This document shows positions 53,601 to 64,000 of a stretch of DNA of 64,000 nucleotides, one piece after another. The translations under genes were made by a program, and so were the position numbers. The notes below the pieces were generated by a model. The model was not told where the DNA came from. It did no database searches and saw only the letters and a list, made by a program, of their open reading frames with translations. Each line of letters starts with the position of its first letter. Positions within the stretch are counted from its first letter, which is position 1. The DNA is from Ruditapes philippinarum (taxonomy: Eukaryota): positions 248,001 to 312,000 of the forward strand of contig NW_026864813.1 in NCBI RefSeq assembly GCF_026571515.1. The letters are read 5' to 3'.

Positions 53601-54621
53601 GACACATCTGTGCCGTTTAATTTTAGTCTTTGTTTATCAGTAAGTACGAATTTCAAATAAATTTCCCCTCATATGATAAATAGTTTCATCCAGATTGAAA
53701 TAGGACAGGTCTATTTTAGATACTTTATCAAGATAAGAGTTAAAAGTTTCTAAACTTTATTTCCTCATCAAAAAAGAAAAGCAATCAAAATTAAATCCTT
53801 TAAAGTGAATTAGATGAAAACAATACAAATTGCCGCCAAAAACAATTTTTCTTCAAAATGTGTAAGGCCATGTTTGAACATGGAAAAATCTCGTTTTTGG
53901 TAATTCCAATATATCTCACTATTTTATGTTAACCCATTACTTTTCACGCTTTTTCATCCCCACCTTTCGGAAGACTCAAATGGTGTAAAATGCCTTATTT
54001 AGTACCCAAACACTTGTTTTCGTTTGAGAAATGTTGTTAAAAATGTCATAACTTCAAAATGATACATCAGGGGGTGCCAGGGAAGATTTTGGAATTGTGA
54101 GTGACTAAAATTGGCCTCAGCTCGATCAAAATGTAACGTGTAACCAACGCTTAAAAGCACTTTGAAATCAGTTTTGATGGAAAAAACCAACGCGAAATAG
54201 TGATTTTTGGCATTTTTGAGATGTTCCCTCGTTGACATGGTAATATGAAAGATTGAGCATGCTGTTACAAAGAATATCGTCCAGTTAACAATTGTGCCAA
54301 GTTTGATGAATATTGAAGCATCTTTTATGGTTTCATAGCAAATTGAACTTGTAACAAGAGGCTTTTCAATGAAAAAGCCATTTTTTCCACAAAATGCTCA
54401 TGCAGTAATGGGTTAATAAATAAAAGCAATAAAATAAGAAAACGAACAAAAAGAAAATGGAAAACCATCCCGTAATGAAATGATTCTAGTTGAACTTACC
54501 AATACTGTTGCTACTCTGTAAACAGGAAAATCTTCTCCTTTTGTTGTGTTCTTATTATTACCATCTGCGAACTGAGTTTGGAAAAGGACCTATTCAAGAA
54601 CAAAAATGCTTTGTATTCCAT
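50625..54621 (-). CDS. Divergent ionotropic glutamate receptor / IR-like subunit lacking an amino-terminal domain (~487 aa); first coding exon frame-disrupted
   Basis: Exons 54621-54500 (..YRVATVL), 53235-53047 (YEGILVDLLEEI..YG..NGVIGDL), 52672-52375 (ADLAVADLMISEIRSSVVAFSSPF; M1 PFSLALWMCI), 52103-51367 (M3 FWTFSLLIIVSYIASLAAY, S2, M4), 50741-50625. Phases 0,0,1,0 are consistent. Confidence 0.88.
50925..51042. repeat. Degenerate (AAC)/(CTA) trinucleotide tract in last intron of the IR-like gene
   Basis: caacaacaataacaac...ctactactactgctact. Confidence 0.7.
53933..54412. mobile_element. piggyBac-like MITE in intron of the IR-like gene
   Basis: TTAA-CCCATTACT ... AGTAATGGG-TTAA: TTAA TSD and CCC/GGG ends. 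Confidence 0.78.
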
Positions 54622-55775
54622 TGCAAAATCAAGCAAGACCAAATTTATGACTTGAAAAAATACGGAAATTTTATTTTGAAAAAAACAACAAAAACAATGA
54701 AAAATAATGAAAAATAGTAATTGAATCAACAATATATTTTTTTATAAGAAAGCCTGATGATTCGACAGTTTTATATGCTATTCTTGGATGTTGATTTTGT
54801 TTTCAAAATGGCGCATTTTGCCTGATTTTTACTTCTTTAGAAAGGGCAAACATTTGTTTTATAATGTTGTTTATATTAGATTAAGATCATGCAAATTGCC
54901 TTTTACTTGAAGAATAGAGCTGAATGTAAGCATTTTAGAAAAAAGCAAAGTTTAAACAAAGTTGCAGTTTGAAATCTTAATCACTATAAATGTACTACCT
55001 TCACTCAAATGAAGCATATTATGATATAGCTTTATAATCAATAAATAACGTTGTTGATAATTCTAACAGGACAGCAAAAATACAAAGCTTTGAAAAATAA
55101 AAATCTTAGCATATTTACGCTTAATCGGTCCGCTGAGTGATACATTTAGTCACAATGTAAACAAGTACAAAGTATTGAATGTTGAATAAATAAATAGGCG
55201 TGCTTTAAAAGTTGTGTTGTACTATCGTACTCGGGCTTTCTTTTTGTTAATATTAATAACAATAGAAGCGTTTTCCTCTTTGTTTTACTATCTAGTGCAA
55301 ACACTTTTTATATTGTCATGCAAAAATTCAAAAACTGATTCAGTGCAAATGAAGATTGATCTTTGTTGGATTACAAGTATATCTACATAAAACACGAATC
55401 TTTCAATATTTGTCGAAATATGAACATCCTGGTGGCTGATTTTACGTGAATCAGTTTAAATGAAACCCTCCCTTTAATAAAAAGACAATTAAAAGGTACA
55501 GGTGAGAAAAAATTCTGGCGGAAAAGGGATACTCCCTGGAGACAAAAGACAGCACAACTAAAGAGGTGGAAATCAGAGACTCATTTCGATTCTTCGTATC
55601 TGTGAATCATTCACACCCTCGTAACACCGGATAGCAGGAATCATTCCTCAACACAAATAGTATTATAATCAGTTATTCCGAATGACTAGAAAAAATAGCA
55701 ATAGTAAAAAGTCGGTGAAATGTACCTCAGCAGTAAAGCCAATAACTTAAGCTGATTCCAGTGATTTAAGTTAGG

Positions 55776-55786
55776 ACTTATATAGA
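55776..55786 (-). promoter_or_regulatory. Candidate TATA box for the IR-like gene, preceding a putative short 5'UTR exon (donor near 55725)
   Basis: Minus strand CTATATAAG about 55 nt upstream of a CTGAG|GTACAT donor-like site; weak because the background is AT-rich. Confidence 0.25.
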
Positions 55787-56649
55787 AGCAGTTATTTATT
55801 AATGATGGTACACAAATTCGGATTCATTAGTTAGATAAATACCTGTCATTATTATAAATACATACAATTGACAAATTACTGAAAACAAATCTAGTAGAAG
55901 GACATTAAAACCTAAAAAATGGACAAAAAAAATTGTAAAAAAAGTATCAAGTTAAATCAATTTTGATATGTATTTAATCAGTTTACACAGTGTCGTTGCT
56001 TGCCTATAAGCGTTGCTTTTATATTTATTTCAAATTAATGCTGAATGAAAAATTGAATTTATTGAATTTCGCAAAAACGATGTCTTGTTTATTCTATGTT
56101 ATGTTTTGACGAATAAATTTAAAGAAAAATGGGGACATTTTTTACGTTACGTCAGGCGTAAAGAGATGATTAAAAGGAGATTTTAACAACAAATCAAAAT
56201 GTTGGAATCTATTTTTTTAAAAAATGTTATCTCAATCCATTCTAAGTATCAAACTCGGAAGCTAATAAAAGACATAATGGGTAAAAATCTCACCAATAAA
56301 GAAAGTAAAATTCCAAATTTTTCACACATTTTTGTTCTTTTTATATCCTTGATGCTTTAATCCCACAAACGTTTGTATAAGTGAGAAGGAATTTTAAAGC
56401 ATTTGTTCTTTTAATGAATGTTAATCTATGATACAGACACAGATGGCGTTCTGGTCAATTACTTCGAATTTATTCTGATATTCCGGGCAGAATTTATAAT
56501 CAACTATGTAAAGAATTCCTTGAACTTAGGTCTGGCGAACTTGTTTTTTCACGGATCGACACTATTTCACCTTTGATCTCTAAGAAACAAGTGTGATACA
56601 TTTTACGTCTTCTTTCGTAGGAAAAAACAAAACAACAACAACAGAAATA

Positions 56650-56945
56650 GACGATTTTTTACGAGTGTACGTTTAATACTGAATTTACTGAACAAGTTAA
56701 ATTAAATACATTATGCAACCTACACGAATATATTATTCTATTTATCACAAACCATAAGTAAAGACTGTAAAATTGAGAAAAGATAATCATTTTAGAATTG
56801 AAGCGCCTACATTGTAAATCTAACATTTAGCGCTTCTTTACAATAGATTGATATACCGCAAATGATGTCACGTCAAAAAATATGCACGGCCGTGCAACAC
56901 CAAGTTTTACGGAGTAGCAAAAACGACACGGGTGTGTGATTAAAA
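56650..56945 (+). repeat. Dispersed repeat, copy of 47750-48085
   Basis: See 47750-48085. Confidence 0.75.
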
Positions 56946-57364
56946 AAATTCGTTCACTAATTTACTCTTGCACTGCCACAAATCAATCAAAATTAAAAGA
57001 AGTTTGCTGCAAATTGAACTTAGAATAACTCTACATATAACTTGAACAAGACCTGTGTTGTTTATAATAAAAATAACGATCGTTCTAAATTAAGTTTAAT
57101 AAAGATTTCCGTGTTCATAAACAATATCAATCCGTTTCACATATTATCCAAAGGCATTTACGTCCGTGATGCAGGGATGTATGCTGTTTTAAACGCGCTC
57201 TGCTCGTTATATTATTTTTTAATAAACCTCTTTACGTACACATCGTTGTTAAAGATTTTCGTGGTAAAAATGCATTTGTTTGCAACAATTTATTATGACA
57301 AAATGATCAACGAGATTCGGTTATATTGTTAGAAGAGTGCAAGTGTTAACTCTGACACTAGAAA

Positions 57365-58175
57365 AGAATACAATAGAATACAATAACATTTATTTCCAAT
57401 CAAGAGTCATGTTAAATGGCATATAAATCACAATAATAATGTGATCAGAGATCAAATAGATATGCTAGAGAAAATAAAACGTGATTCGCATTAAAGCAGT
57501 AACAATAAACTGAAATAGTAAGAAAATAATTGAAAAAATAAAATTTTGCTAACCAGATTTAACTATTAAACTTCATATTACATATAAAATGATACGTAGA
57601 TACCCAATAACTTATTGCTGTATCTCATCTTCAGTTTTCTCAAGTCGTTCCAAAAATGATAGATAAAGATTTTACATGTAGTTTAGCTCTACTGAAGAGA
57701 TGCAATCTCAAAATTTACTAACCATTATATATAGTTGGAGGTAATACTTCAAATTGAAGGAGAACTGCCCTGTACAGTACACACCTTTCACTTTCAACAT
57801 AACCTTTTCTAAAAGTTGAAAAGCTGGAGATCTTGTTAACCTTGTATAATACTAATACAACTGATAATGAAATCAAAATATAAAACAGATCTCCAAAAAA
57901 ATCACCTAACACAGCATCATTGCATGTTTTTTTGTTTATTTTTGTGAACCCTTAACATATGTTTTAGGAATTTTGTACGTAATTGTTCAAATGACCTTTC
58001 ACTAAAGCTTTGAAATAGACACACACCCTCTTTATTCACTTTACTGGTTGTTGTATTCAAAGTTCCCCATATTTCACTAGCATAAACTAGAACAGGTTTA
58101 ATAGTAGTATGGTCAAACAAATGCAATAAAGTAATAACATTAGTATTTAAATTACTTAAAGCTTTGCCTCTTTCA
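57365..58175 (-). mobile_element. Decayed 3' LINE fragment
   Basis: LHLFDHTTIKPVLVYASEIWG...KFLKHML..HK is typical of LINE ORF2 downstream of RT; AATAAA and a short (ATTGT/ATTCT) tail at ~57365-57395. Confidence 0.7.
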
Positions 58176-59072
58176 TTGTTTGTTAAGTTCACATTTCATA
58201 TCACATAGCTAGAGTGATATTATGCTCCCGCTTTCGCCGTCAAATTGAGTTGAGTCAATAATATTTTTCAAGAGATTGATTATTATAATGGTGATTGACC
58301 AATAGTTGATTATAAGAAATGTTTTGGATAACATTATAGCTATATATATTATAAAACGACTGTTCCACTAATTGAATATTCCGAAGATATCTACAGCAAT
58401 GTATGTGGGCTAATATGATAATTGGTTATTTTTGCATAGTAAAATATAAACTTGTTAATTTGATTTTTACCTGTTTACTCAACATTAACACTTTGATGGG
58501 CTTACTGTCACTTACTATGAATGTAAAAGAGAAAGAAATTTTTATTAAAGATATTTAATTCCAATTCTACAGCAATGTCCGTGGGTTACGTGGATTATTG
58601 AGAATTTTTGCATAGTAAAATATAACATTAAATAAAATATAACTTCATGATTGAATTGCAAACCTGACAAATATGCTGGCGACGCTTTGAATAGCCCAAA
58701 CACTTTTAGCTGATTATAACTTGCAAGTTCAAGTAACATTTTTACAAAAGTCATCATATATCGGATATTGAAAGACGGAAATGAATTATGTCTTACTTTG
58801 TTACAAGGCTGAATGAAAAATCCCGTAAAGCGGAAATAATCTATTTTTAATTTGTTTGCAACAGTTACTCATATTCATTTCAGTTTTTACTTTTCATTCT
58901 GAAACAAAAACACAGAAAAAGAGCATATAAAATGATATCAAATATCTTAATAGATCAATAAAATTGTTGAACATGGTACATGTATCTCTATCATCTGAAT
59001 ACAAGTGTTATAAACATGTGAAACAATATTTACAAAATAGAGTACATGCATTTTTTCTGATTTTTTGAGGTT

Positions 59073-62000
59073 TTAGGAGGATTTCCTAGTTTTAAGTTTC
59101 GATAGGTCTGCTAATACAATCAGCAAAACAATTGCACACAGAAAAAGTGCACTGAATACACCAATTGCTTTTGATGATTGACGCGTATCTTCGGCACTGC
59201 CTTTCTTTCTCCTATTTCTTGACGTTTTTTTCGAATCGACAGTCATATTTTGCAGTAATTCCATGAAAATTTTATCGTTTTCCAGATCGTATGTATTTGA
59301 TTTGTTACGTGAGGAACAAATACAGATACCATATTGTTTGTTTTCACATGGTATTGAAGATATTGTTTCATCATATGAATTGTAAGATAGACAATCCCTC
59401 TGTATGTTCTCATCAAGGTAACCATGATCTGTAAAAATAAGCATCACTATTATTCTCAATTAAACAAGTATTAAACAGTAATAAGGATACAACAATAATA
59501 ATAAAATTCGATTATGAAAAAAAAAACATACCAAAAACACCGGCCTTTAAACTAGTTATATTACTGAAATAACTATACTGACTTTTTAACAACCCGTTAA
59601 CAGGTAGTACCTGGAGAAATCCAACATGAACTCTACTTCATGGATAATCTTTTTGTTTTATTCCTGTCTATATTAAAGTAATTACGTTTATCTACCTTTA
59701 ACCCAAAACGAGCCGTTTCGCAAACTCCATGTACGCAAATTTTGAATGTATGACAAACTATTGTGGACAATCATTAATGATGCATTGAATCGGCTGTGAC
59801 AAATCCTATCAGATTCGGTGTAGTTATTCTTATCATACAAAATGACAAATTCATTGACCCCGCTGGTGATTCTTTCAATCGTTACATCTTCTGCAGAAAA
59901 TGATATCACATTTACTAAGAGCTATTGTTATTTAGCAATGGAGACTATAAATCTAAAAGTGGAGACTGTCTTATGATTTATGTGTTACTGTGAAGGATAG
60001 TCTAACTATCGAGGTATGGTTCTAAAAATTGGAATAATGACTGAATGGAAAATATACTACTTATATACATTGCACTTACTAAGGCAATAAAAAATAAGCC
60101 TTAACATGTTTATCGAGAAATTTGGATGTTAGTATGGGTGATATCAATTTGATATAAAAAAGACAACAAAGATCATTTGGCACAACGTCGTTCACAGAAT
60201 GCAGCACCAAAACAGACAGCTGCATTAGTCGATACATAGAAAACACTCAAAAATACGGAGGGTGCACAAGGGCAGAGAACAGAAGGGACGGACCTGCGAA
60301 TAACTGTTACAATTAACATATGTATAAGTGCAAAGTCAGTTGGATGTTCAATATGAATAGGGGCAACAAACAATAAACACCGAACAATCCCATGTAGTTG
60401 AAAATATAACAACATTGGTGACCTTTTACAGCAGAAACACGTAAGAAAACTATTAAGTCTAGCTTTCGGAGTTAATGTAAGATGCAGATGTTACAGGGGC
60501 GATACAAATAACGACAAAGATATGTTAAAAATAAGATTGAAGAATAAAATTTATACTAGCGATAGCATCCATGGTTAGCAGAAAACTTATTTTTCGGTAT
60601 AAAGACAGTTAAAGGGATATAATTTTTACTTAAGGTATATAAATGTTTCTATGAAGTTTACACATAATACAAATATACTCATTAAAATTTGGATAATACT
60701 CTGGGGAATAGAAGTCCAACTTCTGAAAATTCTATTTTTAATTTGGCAGAAATAAATATATATTTAAAGTCTAATTAAAGTCTCACAATAAAGAATATAA
60801 GACCGGGACATTTGTTTTACTATGCAGGATTATTTATGAATGGGGAACATAATGTTGCAATGATATTAAAATTTTATTTAGTAGTTTCGCACGGCTGTAT
60901 TTATTAATTCCAGTGACATATGGTTTTCATTTAAATTACATAATTATATTAACATAACTACTGGTTACCTTTCTTTTGTTCGACCGAATCCTTCTCGCAT
61001 ATACAATGAGTTTTCAGTGTGCAATTAAAAGTGAACGGTTGAAACCGCGCTCTTGAACACCCAGTCTCTGTTCTGGGGCATGCCATTAATAATCTGCACA
61101 TTGATGCGTCCGTTGGCGTATGTAAAGTTTCGCTGACATTCACCCAGTATGTCTTATTTCTGTCTAGCTTCTCTCCGAGCAGTTTTGCCGGATCATTTGA
61201 GACATTGTGTGCCACAAAAGAGCTGATGTTTACACAGTGCTGCGAGCATTCGGAATACCCCATTTGCGCTATGCTAATATTATACTCAACGGACGGAAAC
61301 GAAATCCATTCAGATGCTTCAAGAAGACAGAAAAGACAGAAAAAAGATAAAACATAATATCAATTACAGAAAAATATATTGAAATGTATACATGTATAGG
61401 CATACAGATTAATGTTACCAACACTGAAATAAATGTACACAAATAAAATCTTAGAAGTAACATGATACATTTGTACATTGTTTTCTTTATATTTTGGTGG
61501 TCTAGATAATACAACTGTATGATAGGCTGGCAGTATTAGTCCGATTATATCCCATATTTATAACATTTTTTTATATCCTAATGACACTTTGAATTGTTAA
61601 TCATTAAAAAAAAATATTTGCGCACACACACTTAATGTTTACAATTTCTTAGTAAATTAAATTCAAATGTTATTGCAAGTTGTACTTTGATGTAAATTAT
61701 TTCAAAAGTGAAAGTATATTTCAAAATCAATCTACATATCCAACATTAAATCAATGCACTGGTTTCATGTCCCATTTCTGATACTTACATTAATTTCCAC
61801 TTCTATCTCCACCTCCCATAACGCTCGGTCATGCAGACGGACTGATTGCATCAACCGTCGGATCTGTTATAACATTTACAAAAAAATAATACCTTTGTAT
61901 GTCGAGTTGGATGAGTCATTGGTGTTGTAATCACTTTCACAGATAGCATACCCTTTGGTCAAGCATGATGTATTATGAAATTCAAAGTGTCCTCCATTAC

Positions 62001-62865
62001 GTTTTACAACTTGACATTGTGCATTTTTTCTTTCTGTTTTTACTGCAATATTTTAGTTAATTCTATTATTAAATATAACTAATATAAATCATGCATTAAA
62101 TTCACATTCAGGTGGTGTTGTTTGTAAGGATACTGTTCATTGTTAAACTTGATCCAATAACATGTATAGTTAAATACATAACCAATCACTTACATATTTA
62201 TATAAAACTATCTTTCATGGCCAAGTGGTTAACGTCGTTTACTTCAAATCACTTACGTCACACCGCTTCAGGTTCGTATCCAGACGGGGACTTGCATGTG
62301 AGGAAGCTAGCAAGCAAGCTGCCGTTTGTGCCTAAAATGATGCTCGGAAGGGCACCTGAGGTCTTTCGAATTCTCCACCGGTAAAGTTTAAAAGTCGCCA
62401 TATGACCTATACTGTGTTCAGCCGCGTAAAACCTAACATAAATAGTTTTTATGCACTAACAGTATATGTTCGCTACAATGGTTTTGAAGTGTATCAGTAT
62501 GGACCGTTAAGAATCTTTACACATTCGTATCAATTTTATGTACATAAAACGCATTCATTTTTCCGTGTTTGTCCAACCGTATTTATCAATATTTAAATAT
62601 TATATGAAATAAGATTGAACTGTATTAATTTACTTACGGATCCAGTAATTTTGTTTATTTTGCAAGGACACATTCAATGACACATTTGGGCATGAACCAT
62701 CCAGATTTTCGATAAAATTTGATGGGGATTTACTAAAGTTAGCCACATTTCCAAGACGCTTATCACAATATTGGACGGAATCATTGTACGTCTGCATTGT
62801 TTTTCCAAAATGAAAAGACCTGTTCAAACACCTGTGCCAGTTGTCATCTATACAATTTAAGACAC
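59073..62865 (-). CDS. Gene E: type-I membrane protein with three C-type-lectin-like domains, basic juxtamembrane motif and TM; signal exon uncertain (candidate 63490-63457)
   Basis: Exons 62865-62638 (WHRCLNRSFHF..YNDSVQYC..YWI), 62042-61893 (QCQVV..TSCLTKGYAICE), 61316-60969 (whole domain, YSECSQHC..YWV..C..NCTLKTHCICE), 59890-59696 (NYTESDRIC..FWVK), 59428-59073 (CLSYNS..PCENKQYGIC; TM IGVFSALFLCAIVLLIVLAD). All GT-AG, phase 1. Confidence 0.82.
62218..62445 (+). mobile_element. tRNA-derived SINE in intron of gene E
   Basis: A box TGGCCAAGTGGTTAA, B box GGTTCGTATCC, body with gcacctgaggtct...gccatatgaccta shared with the 6.3-kb and 14.2-kb copies. Confidence 0.8.
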
Positions 62866-64000
62866 CTGCAGTGACACATAAAATGATCATTTAAGATATA
62901 TGCATATAAAAATAATAATACGAGTTACACTTTAAATTGCTATAATTCTATAATTATAGTGGCAATTAGTTTTCAATGACTATATTAATTTAAGGCAACA
63001 ACTTGGAATGTTTCATGTTACCCGTATATAACTCTAACGGCAGCAAGCAAACAAGTGACAGAAACATACTCAAAATTCAATTTTTCGTTTCTAAAATGTT
63101 TTATATGGAAAAAATGACTCAAATATTTGACAAAGTCGATTTTATTTTCCATTTAAGGAGGAATTATTACTTAAGTACCCTAATTCTTTGTTCAGTGCAG
63201 TCGCCTCTCTTTCTTATTCATCCGCTAAAACATTCCTAACATGTTCAATTAGATGTGGCAATGTGCGTTTAAATATTAAAGGATTTTATTCAAACATCGA
63301 ACATTATTTTTCAAACAGCCAACGACGATGACAGCTATGGTTCCTTTCTTCAATCGGCGGGGTTTACTGCAGATACTGGCACTGTATATCTTTCCTAATG
63401 ACACTATTGGTACTAAGTCTTGTTGCATCTTGGATAAAAAACATCACTTTTCTTACCAAGGCTTGTCGCCACGGCAAAATGTATAAGCACCTAACTTTTA
63501 ATTTCTAATGTCGTATTTAGCCTTTTAATCATAACAATGAAATTTAAGGTGTTTAAGCTTGTCAAATAATATCTCATCCACACAATACATTTCCCACTCT
63601 AACACAGGATTTTACATTGCAAATGCCAACAAATAACTGCTAAAAATGAAGTATTGCTAGATATATGTACAATATATTACTATTCGAAAATGGTTCATTT
63701 TGGTACTCGTTCTGTTATACCTCTGCATTATATAAATGCTGTTAAGAATTTTTTTCTTATTGTTTCTAGATGATAATAAATTATGGTATTTTATATTATC
63801 TCTTTAATTATACAAAAGGTAAAACATACGGAATCCTAAAATTTAGCGGTCAAACGTACTGCTAACAATAGCCTGTGTATCTCGATCCTAGTCGTAAGAT
63901 GCATTTAAATGATTCAGAAATTGTATTTGATAGTTTTGTTATTTCGCACTGGCTTCGACAATCAAATACAGGATCCTAATTTAAAAAATCAATAATGATT

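Noticed and set aside
60173-60415. Possible additional exon or ORF within gene E intron
   Set aside because: No family motifs or convincing phase-1 splice pair; the flanking exons join in frame without it.
61789-61863. Extra exon in gene E
   Set aside because: Has AG and GTAAGT sites, but the required phase-1 frame contains TGA.

Overview
AT-rich, intron-rich animal genomic DNA; the repeat families and gene content suggest a bivalve mollusc (inference). Most ORF-track entries are spurious or partial exons. Splicing exons by hand (GT/AG, phase-checked) gives six genes. (1) The 5' part of a minus-strand gene with an N-terminal glutaredoxin domain (CPFC active site, MPP start), most likely thioredoxin-glutathione reductase (TGR/TXNRD); it has a candidate mitochondrial-leader exon and a candidate alternative non-coding first exon, and its 3' part lies left of the window. 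(2-5) Four related genes made of atypical C-type-lectin-like domains joined by phase-1 introns: two are membrane-anchored and share a basic/furin-like juxtamembrane motif, and two are secreted tandem paralogs with mucin-like spacers and a conserved novel tail. (6) A short, ATD-less, divergent ionotropic-glutamate-receptor-like gene embedded in that cluster. Introns and intergenic DNA hold a 27-bp minisatellite, Helentron/HINE-like elements with internal tandem arrays (one carrying ten perfect oestrogen-response-element palindromes), several MITEs, tRNA-derived SINEs and decayed LINE fragments. Some frameshifts and one homopolymer-distorted patch may be assembly errors.
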